Shown piece after piece: positions 18,822 through 28,191 of a DNA stretch of 51,194 nt (position 1 is the stretch's first letter; each line of letters begins with the position of its first letter). The DNA is from a virus (lineage: Duplodnaviria > Caudoviricetes): the IMG/VR virus record IMGVR_UViG_3300039210_000264, positions 1 through 51,194 of that record; one strand, 5' to 3'. Made by a program: the position numbers and the translations under genes. The notes below the pieces were generated by a model that saw only the letters and a list, made by a program, of their open reading frames with translations, was not told the DNA's origin and made no database searches.

Positions 18822-19631
18822 CTAGGATACGTACTGCATCCTGGCGAACGCCGCGATGAACTCGGTCACTGTCGGCCCGTTGGCCAGGGAGTGAGTGCCG
18901 GTGGTCATGAGCAGGCGGGGCTTCCAGGCCTTGCCGCCGTCGAACACGGCGGGGTTGTCGCTGTTGGGAGCGCCAAAGCCGAACAGGGGCAGCTCGGTAA
19001 CTGTCTCATTCAGCACGAAGCACTCGCCGGGGGTCAGCGTCTGCCGGCCATCGGTGGCCGCGGAGTCGTACGGGCCGTACTTGCCGTAGCTGGCACCGCC
19101 TACCACAACAGCGATGACTACCGTCGGTGTAGTGCCACCTGTGAGGCTATTGTTAGCCAGCACGATGGTGGACACTGTCACCTCGAAGGTGGGGAAGGCC
19201 ACCGTCCACGGCCCGCCCGCCGAGCCTGTCACAGTCACGTTACCTACACCGTAGATCGCTTCGAGCGCGGTCTGCACGGCGGCTGCTGTGGCGGCCTGCG
19301 CAATCGCGGTGGTTGTGGCCGTGAACCCGTTGTCCGGGCGTGTGCCCGTCACGGTGAACGTGCCGCCTGTAGGTATGCCGGTCTCAGTGAGGGTCTGGCT
19401 CGGCCTGTTGGTGATGCGGCAGAGTACCTGGCCGTAGCGCAGGTACTTTGCGCCTATGGGGATGACGTTGCCGTCGATGAGCGTGACAGCAGCGCCGGAG
19501 ACAGCGGTAACTGTGCCCGGCCAATCTACTGTGACGCCTGCTAGCTTCCAATCCGCTTCCGAGGGGTCAGATGCAAGCACGAACAGCGGATTGCCCGTGT
19601 TGCCTAAAGTCTGTCTTCCGAATCCTGGCAT
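18822..19631 (-). CDS. Head decoration protein with inserted surface domain
   Basis: LRYGQVL...GKYGPYDSAATDGRQT gpD-like motif, interrupted by a GGTFTVT..TTAIAQAATAAAVQTALEAI..GGPWTVAF module. Confidence 0.8.
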   Translation of the reverse strand: MPGFGRQTLGNTGNPLFVLASDPSEADWKLAGVTVDWPGTVTAVSGAAVTLIDGNVIPIGAKYLRYGQVLCRITNRPSQTLTETGIPTGGTFTVTGTRPDNGFTATTTAIAQAATAAAVQTALEAIYGVGNVTVTGSAGGPWTVAFPTFEVTVSTIVLANNSLTGGTTPTVVIAVVVGGASYGKYGPYDSAATDGRQTLTPGECFVLNETVTELPLFGFGAPNSDNPAVFDGGKAWKPRLLMTTGTHSLANGPTVTEFIAAFARMQYVS

Positions 19632-19729
19632 GGTTTTCTCCTATTGTGTTGAGTTGCGTCTAGCCCCCACGGGCGCTAATTCGCCGCTATGCTTTGCTTG
19701 CTGTCTGTCTACGCTCTACTCTTTACGCT

Positions 19730-21331
19730 CTACTTCTCTTCTTTCTTGTCCGGGTAATTCTCCTGGGCGAACTTCTTGCCCTGCTCGAGGCCCTGCTGGT
19801 ATGCATCCAGAGGCTCCGTGGCCGTAGCCTTCAGCACCATTGCACCTTCGGGCAGGGTCGCAATGGGGTGGTCCCGGAGGAGGTCATGCTGAGGCATGAG
19901 CGAAAGCACGGTGCGCGCAAGCTCGGCTCGCGAGAGGGACACCTGCCTGCCGTCCGCCTTCTTGAAGGTTAAAGTGGCGGGGGCCAACTCGTCGTCCAGC
20001 ATCGCCTGGTTGAGGTATGCCACGGCCTCGGGTCGAAGGCCGGGCAATAGCCTCTGGTCCTGCACGAGGCCGTTGATGAAGAGGCGAGCAGACTGCTCCC
20101 GCTCTTTGGCTGTGAGCTGCTCGACCTTGGCCTCCAGCTCTTGGACGCGCGGATCGGTGGGCTGGGAGAGGGAAGAGGCTGCGGCATGGGATAGCGTCTC
20201 GCTCGGCTTCGGCACTTCAGGAGCCTGGTCGCCATCCGCCTCCGCAGCCTCTCCTTCCTCCACGCTCCCCTCTTCGTCTTCCCCTTCGATTAGCTCTTCC
20301 TCGTCTTCGATGTCGCGCTCCCCTTCCCCCTCCTCCGGGGGCACCACGGAAAACACCTGACGGAACTTCTGCACAACTTTGTCGGCGAAGCTGTCTGCGT
20401 GCTGCTCAATAATGTCGTCGTACATTGCAAAGTCTCCTTTGTTCGCCAGCCGCGAATACGAGCTTCTGGCCTGAGCCAGCGCGCCCGGCGGCAGCTTGTG
20501 ATGGCGTGCGGCCTGCACAGCCTTAGAGAATCCGGCCCCCGGCACCGCGCCGTCATACACCCCCGACACCTCTGCCGGCTTGCCGTCGTACAAGGTGTAG
20601 GTGGCTGTGCCGTCTGGTACCCCGCGCGCTTTCTGCGCGTCCTGCTGCTCCTGGCTCATGCCGAATGTCGTCCCGGCGTAGTGCGGGCAATCGGAGGAGT
20701 CGAAGTCCGCGCCGCAAATGTCGCACAGGCAATAGCCGCCATAGAGCCCCATCGACACGTCGAACAGCGTCCCCGCCTGGATGCTCTTGTAGAGCGTGTC
20801 AGTGGACGGCCCCGACTGCCCGTTGGGGTATACCCCCCGGAGCATGTACATCTGGAGCATCACGCGCTCATAGGGGGCAGGGCTGCCGTCCTGGGCAGGG
20901 TAGCGCTCAAACCTGCCGGCGAACACGACCCCGAAGGGAAGTTCGGAGGGGGTGGAGAGAGAACCCGTGCGGTGCGAGTTCATGAAGGCGAACCGGTTGG
21001 CGGCCATCACCTGGATGTTCTTCAGGGTCGAGGTGTGCAAGAACATCGAGCGGTCTTCGATGTAGCTGGAGTTGGCGGCTTCGAGGGGCACGATGTAGAT
21101 CTGCTCAAGCGTCAGCGGCGTAGCGTTGGGCGGCAGGCCCGCATTGATCATGGCGAGCGCATCCTGGTCTGACTTGGGCAAGTGCCCGCGCACATGATCG
21201 GGACCGCCCGGCTCTCCATAGGCCGGCATCTGCTTGGCGAGGTGGATAGCCGCGGCATTCACGCCGTACTTGAGAGCATCCAGTCGATTCCTCTGAGCAC
21301 ATTTCTGAGGATCAAGTCCTGTAATCGGCAT
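19730..21331 (-). CDS. Prohead protease/scaffold with Zn-binding insert
   Basis: MNSH, DVSMG, CDICG...CPH, EVSGVYDGAVPGA; acidic/coiled-coil C-terminal scaffold. Confidence 0.85.
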   Translation of the reverse strand: MPITGLDPQKCAQRNRLDALKYGVNAAAIHLAKQMPAYGEPGGPDHVRGHLPKSDQDALAMINAGLPPNATPLTLEQIYIVPLEAANSSYIEDRSMFLHTSTLKNIQVMAANRFAFMNSHRTGSLSTPSELPFGVVFAGRFERYPAQDGSPAPYERVMLQMYMLRGVYPNGQSGPSTDTLYKSIQAGTLFDVSMGLYGGYCLCDICGADFDSSDCPHYAGTTFGMSQEQQDAQKARGVPDGTATYTLYDGKPAEVSGVYDGAVPGAGFSKAVQAARHHKLPPGALAQARSSYSRLANKGDFAMYDDIIEQHADSFADKVVQKFRQVFSVVPPEEGEGERDIEDEEELIEGEDEEGSVEEGEAAEADGDQAPEVPKPSETLSHAAASSLSQPTDPRVQELEAKVEQLTAKEREQSARLFINGLVQDQRLLPGLRPEAVAYLNQAMLDDELAPATLTFKKADGRQVSLSRAELARTVLSLMPQHDLLRDHPIATLPEGAMVLKATATEPLDAYQQGLEQGKKFAQENYPDKKEEK

Positions 21332-21334
21332 GGG

Positions 21335-21553
21335 TTATAGCTCCTCGCTCTTGATGCGCATCATGTTGCCAACTACCACTTTGATGGCCTGGGTCGCTTG
21401 CTTTAGCGACTCTTCCAAGGCCGTAATGTCGGCAGGCACCGTAAAGCTAACCTCGACATAGCGCTTGGATGGGCGGCGCTGTAAACGCTTGCCAGATGCT
21501 TTAGCTTTAGCGTCCCGCTCGTTTGGCTCGTTTGTTCTGATTTCTTTGTTCAT
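21335..21553 (-). CDS. Hypothetical protein, first gene of the head operon
   Basis: MNKEIRTNEP... ORF abutting the protease start; weak RBS. Confidence 0.5.
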   Translation of the reverse strand: MNKEIRTNEPNERDAKAKASGKRLQRRPSKRYVEVSFTVPADITALEESLKQATQAIKVVVGNMMRIKSEEL

Positions 21554-21567
21554 AGGTTTTGGGCAAC

Positions 21568-21615
21568 AAAAAAGGCCTTCCGAAGAAGACCACATGAAGC
21601 GGTACTCAGAAGGCC
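21568..21615 (-). terminator. Terminator-like hairpin inside the head-operon leader
   Basis: Minus strand ggccttctgag...ttcggaaggcc followed by tttttt. Confidence 0.7.
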
Positions 21616-21759
21616 AGATAAACCGGCACGATATATTAGGTTATGAGAGGCTTACTAAGTGCCCATCAGCAACAAACACACGGTTCTGTCGCCTTCACCC
21701 TACTCGCATACACGGTTGCTTTTGGGAGAGCAAGGTTTCGGCCTCACACTTATACACAT

Positions 21760-21788
21760 AGACTAACATAGGAGGGTGCAAAAGTCAA
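21760..21788 (-). promoter_or_regulatory. Sigma70-type promoter for the head operon
   Basis: TTGACT-17 bp-TAGTCT with extended TGn. Confidence 0.65.
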
Positions 21789-22327
21789 GGGGTATGTTTG
21801 CGTCTATTTAGAGCTTGCATGCGTTTGGTCGCCCAGCGGCAATTCTCAGGCGTATAGTTACCGTCGGGGTCGATCCTATCTATTGAGTGCTGAGGGCTGG
21901 ACTTTGGCCCCATATCTTCAAGGAAGTTGTGAAAGCTTTCAAGCCAGCGCTCGCAGACACGGATGCCTCTAGCGCCATAATAGGAATAGTTACCAGCACT
22001 GGGGCTATTGCAGCGAACTTTCATGCAGACCCAGGATCGATGTTCAGCGCTTGAATTGATGGGGTCTTTCGGTCTGCGTGGCCCAATACCTAGTGAGCGA
22101 CGCCGCTGCTTCTCGTGTTCGCGCATCCTTTGATTGTAGGCGCGGTCATTATTTCGGCGGCTCGTTTGGGTATTATTGTGGCATTGCTTACAGATAAGCA
22201 TGCGCGCAAGCCTTGACGGTTTGTGCACAGGAAACTCGGTTAGGAGCTTTTCCGTCTGGCACTTCTTGCATACGCGCTTACCTGATAACGCCTCTTGATC
22301 TAATAGAAGGTGTGGTATACTTCTCAC
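21785..22327 (-). CDS. Free-standing HNH homing endonuclease
   Basis: CKKC/CKQC Zn finger; YGARGIRVCERW..F.NFLEDMG...SIDRIDPDGNYTPENCRWAT..Q..NRR. Confidence 0.92.
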   Translation of the reverse strand: MRSIPHLLLDQEALSGKRVCKKCQTEKLLTEFPVHKPSRLARMLICKQCHNNTQTSRRNNDRAYNQRMREHEKQRRRSLGIGPRRPKDPINSSAEHRSWVCMKVRCNSPSAGNYSYYGARGIRVCERWLESFHNFLEDMGPKSSPQHSIDRIDPDGNYTPENCRWATKRMQALNRRKHTP

Positions 22328-22431
22328 GTCAGTGGTCTCCTTTCAAGACGGCTGATCAACCCCCGGCAGATCGAACTGCGCGGGGTTTTCCTCTTTTAGT
22401 ATAACACGAATATTCTGCTTTTGCCGAGTAG

Positions 22432-22638
22432 TCAGTGTCTCGGAAAACGGTTGCGATGGCCGCACCTCTCACCGTTCTGCTTGTTGTGGCACTGGATGAA
22501 CACAGGGTTCTCGTAGGGCCCTTTGGGCATCGTACCCCGCGTGATGGGCGCGCCGCACACCTCGCAGCGCTCGTACTCGAGACGGTCGTACTCGGACTTC
22601 GGGCGCTGGTCCGTTTGTGCTGGCCTCTGATCACTCAT
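22432..22638 (-). CDS. Com-like (Mu) zinc-ribbon regulator
   Basis: ERCEVCGAPI.RG...IQC......RCGHRN matches the Com CxxC...IxC..C...N pattern; start uncertain. Confidence 0.6.
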   Translation of the reverse strand: MSDQRPAQTDQRPKSEYDRLEYERCEVCGAPITRGTMPKGPYENPVFIQCHNKQNGERCGHRNRFPRH

Positions 22639-22657
22639 GGTCATCACCATCGCCCTG

Positions 22658-24265
22658 CTATGCCCCCTGCTGCTGGTCCGAGCCATCCGAGTTATCGCCG
22701 CTCTGAGTATCGCCGTTGCCGGCGTCTCCCTCGTTGGCGTCCGGGTTCTGGTCCGCGTTGCTCTCGGTGGGAGTGGGCTGACCCTGCGCGGCTATCGCTT
22801 TAGCAGCATCCGCCTTCGCCTGCTTGCGGTCGGCCAGCTCCCCTGCCCAGGCCTCCGGGTCGCGCACGGGCACGCCCATCATCTCGTCCATGGCACCGAA
22901 CTGATCCTGGGCGAAATAGCCCGCCGCCGTCAGCCGTGCCACAGCCGCCATCATCGCGGCCTGATCCTGCGCCTCTGTGTCTCCCAGCGACACAAGCGGC
23001 ACGAGGTGCATTGCGTCCTCTCCGAAGTTGTATCGCACCAGGGGGCCGAACACCTCTTCTCTCAAGGTCCATTCTATTATCCCGCGCAGGTAGGCTATCA
23101 GGATGCCGAACACGTCCTGGTGGGTCTGGGAGGCCGCCCTCGCCATGTGCTTGCCCTCTTCCGTGGTCAGCGTTTGCATCAAGAGGCCCTTCGCGATGTC
23201 GTCGTTCATCGCCTTGTGCTCCTCGAAATAGACGCCCCCCTCGTGCGCCGACTCGACCAGGGAAAGCGTGCTTCCGTAGCGAGCCGTCTTGACGCCACCT
23301 GCCCGCAGTTGGGACAGGGCATTGGTGTTCTTCGCGAGCATGCCACTTACGACGCCGGTTTTCGAGTCCTGTACGGTTGCATTGGCGTCGGGGGGCAGGG
23401 TCTCATACAGGATGCCCTGAGCAAAGCGGGACATGAACTGCATCCGCGCCACGTTCATCTGCTGCTTCTCCCACCACGGGCCGTACACCTTGCCCACGTG
23501 CGTCGTGCCGCGGGGGTCGCCGTTCTTAGGCTTGTGTGTTGGTATCACGAACTTGGAGCGCGGGATCATGCGATCCTTCAGCTCATTCTCGCCCATCGCG
23601 CCCGCTCCCACCACGGGCAGCCCCTCATTCGGCCTATAGTAGATGAGGCCCAGCACGGTGTTGTAGAGGTCCACCGTGAAGGCCGTCGCTTCGTGCGGGC
23701 GGCATTTGAGGTCCGAGAGCACCAGCTGTTCCCCATCCTCCGGCGTTACGGTGCGCAGGGCGTAGATCTGCTCCGCCACCTTGTGCCCCATCTTGAGCAT
23801 GCCGTCTATCAACTCGTACAGCACGGCCATCGCGGGCCGGTTGAGATGCTCGATGCAGTAGGCGCAGAAGTCGCGCGCCTTCACTGAAGCGTCGTACACA
23901 GGATCCACCACGCCCGTATCAGGCGGCTTCACGCTCGCCAGTAACTGCAACCCCTCGGCCAGCACAGCCATTACCAGGATAGACTGCGTTGAGTAGACCT
24001 GCGGGTCGCGATCCATGTCCACTTCGTACAGCTTCGACCCGAAGGCCGCCGTCAGCTCATCCGCAGGGGAGGGGAGGGCACGCAGCCACCGCTCCGCCGA
24101 TACCCACGCCCACGCATTCCACTGCGCCGACGGTACGATCTCTTCGGTGAGGTCGGCGCGCGCCTCAATAGGCGTTGCGCCCTGCGCTTCCTCTATGGCC
24201 GGTGGAGTATATACCTCCACTATCTCGGTGCCGCTCGGTCCTGTTTGCTCGATTGTTGTGCTCAT
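22658..24265 (-). CDS. Portal protein (DUF935/Mu gp29-like)
   Basis: DRDPQV, GHKVAEQIY, IAKGLLMQTLTT, SQTHQDV, PLVRYNFG motifs; follows TerL. Confidence 0.9.
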   Translation of the reverse strand: MSTTIEQTGPSGTEIVEVYTPPAIEEAQGATPIEARADLTEEIVPSAQWNAWAWVSAERWLRALPSPADELTAAFGSKLYEVDMDRDPQVYSTQSILVMAVLAEGLQLLASVKPPDTGVVDPVYDASVKARDFCAYCIEHLNRPAMAVLYELIDGMLKMGHKVAEQIYALRTVTPEDGEQLVLSDLKCRPHEATAFTVDLYNTVLGLIYYRPNEGLPVVGAGAMGENELKDRMIPRSKFVIPTHKPKNGDPRGTTHVGKVYGPWWEKQQMNVARMQFMSRFAQGILYETLPPDANATVQDSKTGVVSGMLAKNTNALSQLRAGGVKTARYGSTLSLVESAHEGGVYFEEHKAMNDDIAKGLLMQTLTTEEGKHMARAASQTHQDVFGILIAYLRGIIEWTLREEVFGPLVRYNFGEDAMHLVPLVSLGDTEAQDQAAMMAAVARLTAAGYFAQDQFGAMDEMMGVPVRDPEAWAGELADRKQAKADAAKAIAAQGQPTPTESNADQNPDANEGDAGNGDTQSGDNSDGSDQQQGA

Positions 24266-24290
24266 TTTGAAGCCCCTTCCCTTTGCGTAC

Positions 24291-25877
24291 CTATCTGTAG
24301 CCATATGGACTTGGCAGCCCCACCGCTGTGCTGTTCCCGTAATAGTTGTGTTCCAGGTCGTCCTCGTAGTCTCCGACGCCCAGTGCTGACGGCTCGTAAT
24401 CCAGGCCGCCCAGCCCGCAGGCCTGTAGCGCCAGCACGAAGGAAATAGCTCTGTCGTCGTGCTGGTTCCTGGGAGCCCGGAGGGTCGCGCCCTCGATGCT
24501 GGTCAGCTGGGTGTAAGTGGTGAAGTTGTGGAGGATAGCTCCGCGCTCCCTGAAGGTAACAGTCGCGTCGTCATACAGCTTGACCTTGGACGGGTGCACA
24601 GTCACCCAGCCCGGCTTCTGGTCCCCCGGATAGCACAGCAGCATAACGTCAGGGTAGTCGCGCTGGAGAGTGAGAATGACCGTGCCGCCGTGATTGTTGC
24701 GCTCAACGAGCACGGGCGCATGGTTATAGTAGAGGGAGAGGGTAGCGGCGTAGGCGGCTGTGACGTCCGGCTCATACTTGCCGGCGAGGGAGGCCACTTC
24801 CTCCCCCGAGAGCTGCTCGACCACTGAGATCGACGAGTCGTCCGATGTGGGATTGCCCTCGGCTGGATCCACGCCCACGCGGTATGACAGGCCCTCGACC
24901 GGCTCACGGTAGATCTCCAGTTGAGTGAGCGCGGGGCCATGGTGCTTGGTCAGCACGGGCATGTCGACCCAGCAGCGGAGCAGCCAGGGGGCGGGGATGC
25001 GCTTGTCCTGCGAGCGAGGGGAGAGGGCCTGCGCGTCGTTCGCGGGGTATGATTCGTACACGTCATCGAGCGCGCCCGTGCGAATCATACTGTCTTGCAC
25101 CTGCTCCTGGTACCACTCGGGCGTACGGCTTGGCCTCACGTTCCACGGCAAGAAGAGGCACCGCCACGGCCCCTCCCCGCGCTTGGCCGCACGGTAAATC
25201 CTCTTGAACTCGCTCTCCGGGTTCGACTTGTCCGACTTCGATAGCAGCAGCATCTTGCCGCCGCCGTCTATAGTTGGCTTCACCGCGCGTATCAGACTAC
25301 CCTGGTCTTCCACCAGGTCGAACTCGTCGGCCAGGGCGAATGTAGTCGTATAAGCGTCGCCCGCGCTGGTAGGAAAGGCGCGAGCAACAGACCCGTTCGA
25401 GAGTTGCCAGTGTCGGTTGTTGTCCACCAGCACCTTGAACTGCATCCAGATAGGCAGCCTGTAGAACATCCCTTTGAGACGCTCCATGCCCAGCAGGTAA
25501 TCGGCCTCTTCCTGCCGACGTGAGAATATGGAGATGCTGGCGACCGGCTTGAAGAGCATAAGCCAGAGGATGTATGCGAGAGCTAGCCACGACAAACCAA
25601 GCTGCCTGGCCTTGAGTATTACGGTGAGCGGGTGAGCATGGATGAAGTTCAGCGCGTGGATCTGTGCCGGCCATAGGTGAAAAGGCGACCACGTCTTCTC
25701 AGTTGCATCATAATAGTTGGCATAATTGTCAGCAAAATACGTAGCCGACATTGAGCACTTTAGCCATTCTTGCTTTTTGTTTAGACCATTTTCTGAGATC
25801 GAGCGCGATGGATGCGCCCCCATAGGTAGCATACGCTGGGGGTTGGGCGCTAGTACGCGGTCAAACGTGCCGGGCAT
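24291..25877 (-). CDS. terL: Terminase large subunit
   Basis: Walker A ILKARQLGLSW, Walker B FALADE, nuclease GVDPAEG...DDS, VERNNHG, HDDRAIS. Confidence 0.96.
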   Translation of the reverse strand: MPGTFDRVLAPNPQRMLPMGAHPSRSISENGLNKKQEWLKCSMSATYFADNYANYYDATEKTWSPFHLWPAQIHALNFIHAHPLTVILKARQLGLSWLALAYILWLMLFKPVASISIFSRRQEEADYLLGMERLKGMFYRLPIWMQFKVLVDNNRHWQLSNGSVARAFPTSAGDAYTTTFALADEFDLVEDQGSLIRAVKPTIDGGGKMLLLSKSDKSNPESEFKRIYRAAKRGEGPWRCLFLPWNVRPSRTPEWYQEQVQDSMIRTGALDDVYESYPANDAQALSPRSQDKRIPAPWLLRCWVDMPVLTKHHGPALTQLEIYREPVEGLSYRVGVDPAEGNPTSDDSSISVVEQLSGEEVASLAGKYEPDVTAAYAATLSLYYNHAPVLVERNNHGGTVILTLQRDYPDVMLLCYPGDQKPGWVTVHPSKVKLYDDATVTFRERGAILHNFTTYTQLTSIEGATLRAPRNQHDDRAISFVLALQACGLGGLDYEPSALGVGDYEDDLEHNYYGNSTAVGLPSPYGYR

Positions 25878-26585
25878 TTATTCCCCGTCCTCGTCTTCAT
25901 CCGGCTCGCGGTCTTCCTGTTCGTCGAACGAGGGCATGGATGGCATAAGAGGTGCGTGCTTCTTTTCCCACTGGTCGAGAGCGCTTTGGGCAGACGATAG
26001 GTCTTCCGCGCTGATGTTGACGGCTATGCTCGAACTCTCTACGCGCAGCTTACGCTCGCCTTTCTCACTGGCTACATCCGAAAGCACCCCCCGAATCTGC
26101 TCAACCAGGGCGGCGTTGAAGCGCACAATATCTACCCGCTCCGCATCCTCCCCACTACCGATCTGCTTTACGTCGGGCAGCCACAGCTTCGTGCGGTCCC
26201 CCTTATCGTCCTCAAAGAAATATTGGGCATACAGGTCGGCTTCGATTGCCTTCAGCCGTGCAACGCGCTTGAAGTCGAGGCCGATCCCCTCCTCCATCAC
26301 CAGGCGGCGCTCCTCGGCCATCCGCGCGTTCTTCTCGTATTCTATGGCCCCGTCGTATTCCTCTGCCCTCCCCGGCCACCCATACTTCACGCTCCACGTG
26401 CGGAGCGTGCCGTGCTTGGTAGTGGGCGAGCCCGGAGTGCGCTGGTACTGCTCGGCCAGCTTCTTCATGTCGCGACCCGGCCCCCAGCGCAGCCAGTCGT
26501 TGCAGGCCACTATCACCTTGTGTGATTCACCGAGGGCGGGCACGCCTGCCAGTAGTTCTGTTTTGCGTGGTGCTTTATTTGGCAT
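25878..26585 (-). CDS. terS: Terminase small subunit
   Basis: GESHK...GPGRDM..LA...WSVKYGWPGRAEEYD HTH pattern; immediately upstream of terL. Confidence 0.8.
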   Translation of the reverse strand: MPNKAPRKTELLAGVPALGESHKVIVACNDWLRWGPGRDMKKLAEQYQRTPGSPTTKHGTLRTWSVKYGWPGRAEEYDGAIEYEKNARMAEERRLVMEEGIGLDFKRVARLKAIEADLYAQYFFEDDKGDRTKLWLPDVKQIGSGEDAERVDIVRFNAALVEQIRGVLSDVASEKGERKLRVESSSIAVNISAEDLSSAQSALDQWEKKHAPLMPSMPSFDEQEDREPDEDEDGE

Positions 26586-26600
26586 AGTTCTTTAGGCAAT

Positions 26601-26654
26601 AAAAAAGACGACTACCATTCGAGGACGTGGTGCGTCCCTCTGAAAGTAATCGCC
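26601..26654 (-). terminator. Terminator-like hairpin directly before terS
   Basis: Minus strand ggcgattac..gagggacg-cac-cacgtcctc..gtagtcgtc followed by tttttt. Confidence 0.7.
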
Positions 26655-26693
26655 TGCGCGGTAAGCTCGTGACGTGAGCGCCTGCGCGGTAAG
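26651..26693 (-). repeat. 15-bp direct repeat pair CTTACCGCGCAGGCG in the terS leader
   Basis: cgcctgcgcggtaag at 26651-26665 and 26679-26693. Confidence 0.92.
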
Positions 26694-26716
26694 AAACTAT
26701 TTTGATTTATGTAAAG

Positions 26717-26965
26717 CTAAGTTAGTTTTACCTGCGGCCCGCCCCGGACGTGGCCTGTCTGAAGATTGACCTGTATGCGACCTGTCCAGCTCTGCTCTTC
26801 AGCGAGAGCCAGCCGCTCGGCCACCTCCACCAGCACTTCGGCCAGGTGAGGGTGTAAGGCCAGCAGACCGGCAATACGGGCGTACTGCTCGACCGGCCCC
26901 TGCGTCTCCAGTTGGGAGTCGGGGCCTATGGGTACTATATTAGCACGTGGTTTACTTGCCGTCAA
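26717..26965 (-). CDS. Small protein with DUF2292/YezD-like C-terminus
   Basis: WTGRIQVNLQTGHVRG resembles the DUF2292 (F/Y)GxVxIxxxxGxI pattern; TTG start after GAGG. Confidence 0.5.
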   Translation of the reverse strand: MTASKPRANIVPIGPDSQLETQGPVEQYARIAGLLALHPHLAEVLVEVAERLALAEEQSWTGRIQVNLQTGHVRGGPQVKLT

Positions 26966-27326
26966 GAGCCTCAGCCTTTTGCGTAGTGGCATTCGGGTCG
27001 CGTGCCTCCTCTTTTATGGGCCAAGCTGCGGTGGCCAACTTTAGCAGTTCCCTGCCTTGCGCTAAGGCCACTATTTTTTCCCCCAGTGTGAGTGGGCGCT
27101 GTATCGCATCAACCAAAGCTCCGTTTAGCACCATCGCCACCTCTAATGCCTGGTCACGCTGCAATTCAAGTACAGGGATGCGGTTATGCTCTGCCTCTAT
27201 CTGCTTACAATCCTTTGCCTTTTGACACGTAGCCACAATTCTCATGTTGTAGCCTACCACCCAGTAAGCGTCCGGTGTCCCAGGGCCGCTCGCGTTCCAC
27301 TGTGACCAGTGTTCTTGCTCACTCAT
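26952..27326 (-). CDS. Hypothetical protein
   Basis: ORF with AGGAG RBS in a tightly packed operon. Confidence 0.7.
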   Translation of the reverse strand: MSEQEHWSQWNASGPGTPDAYWVVGYNMRIVATCQKAKDCKQIEAEHNRIPVLELQRDQALEVAMVLNGALVDAIQRPLTLGEKIVALAQGRELLKLATAAWPIKEEARDPNATTQKAEALDGK

Positions 27327-27328
27327 TT

Positions 27329-27664
27329 CTATGTCTCCTTTTTACCCGTGACTTGGACAATCCCCTGCATGCCGCTCAGCACACGGTAACCTCGCGGCAG
27401 GGTATGCAGAAAGCGCATGTTATAGGCACTATACTGCCCCTCCATCTCCCTCAGCATGTACCACTCCGGCAGCCGACGGGCAGGCCATAAGCGGCACGCA
27501 TAATCAATCACACCCTCTCCAAACTCCCCCAGCAATCGCACCTGTGCGGCTGCCAGATGTGGGTGGTATTTATCACGCCACCGCGCATACCGCAATGTGC
27601 CCGCTCGTAGTCTTTGCAAGCGGCTGACACGCAATCTTAGCAGGCGGCGGCGGCGGCTATACAT
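27329..27664 (-). CDS. Hypothetical basic protein
   Basis: GGAGG RBS; operon packing. Confidence 0.6.
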   Translation of the reverse strand: MYSRRRRLLRLRVSRLQRLRAGTLRYARWRDKYHPHLAAAQVRLLGEFGEGVIDYACRLWPARRLPEWYMLREMEGQYSAYNMRFLHTLPRGYRVLSGMQGIVQVTGKKET

Positions 27665-27677
27665 GCTCTTCTCCCTC

Positions 27678-27947
27678 CTACCTCGCAGGCAAGGGTGTCA
27701 GTCGATCCTCCGGCACCCCGGCTGCTCGCTCTCTCCATCTCTGAGTGTATATAGTGCACTTGTACGTCGCTCGCTCGCGCCTGGGCCGAAGACGATCTCT
27801 GCGCTGATACTGTTGGCGACTAGTGGCTTTAGGTATGCGCCTGTGGTCTATGCTCCCCATGCAGGCAATACACCACCCGCCCGAAGACGAGATAAACCAA
27901 ACGTCCGGCTCACCCCTGCCGCAATTGGTGCATTTGCGCTCACTCAT
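27678..27947 (-). CDS. Hypothetical Zn-finger protein
   Basis: CTNC...CIAC. Confidence 0.65.
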   Translation of the reverse strand: MSERKCTNCGRGEPDVWFISSSGGWCIACMGSIDHRRIPKATSRQQYQRRDRLRPRRERATYKCTIYTQRWRERAAGVPEDRLTPLPAR

Positions 27948-28179
27948 GCTCTTGCTGTGCTCCTTCTCCCGTACCCAGTCCTACCAACTGGAAGATATGT
28001 GTAACCCTCTCCGCCTCAAACCTCCAGAATGCGGGGTCCAGCTGAGCAATCGGGTGAGGCTCTTCCCCGCTCGGCATTGGTCCCTTCCCGCTTAGGAAGA
28101 CCGGCCTGTACTCGGTTGGCGCGATACGCGCTCGCACATAGTTCGGCGATTGTCTCAGCCTGCGCTCAAAGTTACTCAC
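27940..28179 (-). CDS. Hypothetical protein
   Basis: GTG start after AAGGGGG; operon packing. Confidence 0.6.
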   Translation of the reverse strand: MSNFERRLRQSPNYVRARIAPTEYRPVFLSGKGPMPSGEEPHPIAQLDPAFWRFEAERVTHIFQLVGLGTGEGAQQEHE

Positions 28180-28191
28180 CGCTTGCCCCCC

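Noticed and set aside
21650-21755. Hammerhead ribozyme in the head-operon leader (GAAAC and CTGATG present)
   Set aside because: Core reads CUGAUGG rather than CUGANGA, and no proper stem III/NUH cleavage triplet can be built.
14000-23887. Long plus-strand ORFs (e.g. 22637-23887, 14000-14935, 20399-21172)
   Set aside because: Antisense shadows of GC-rich structural genes with no recognisable motifs or RBS.
13873-26693. CRISPR or mini-array from the 25-bp and 15-bp repeats
   Set aside because: The 25-mers have no spacer; the 15-mers occur twice with a 13-nt gap; no cas genes.
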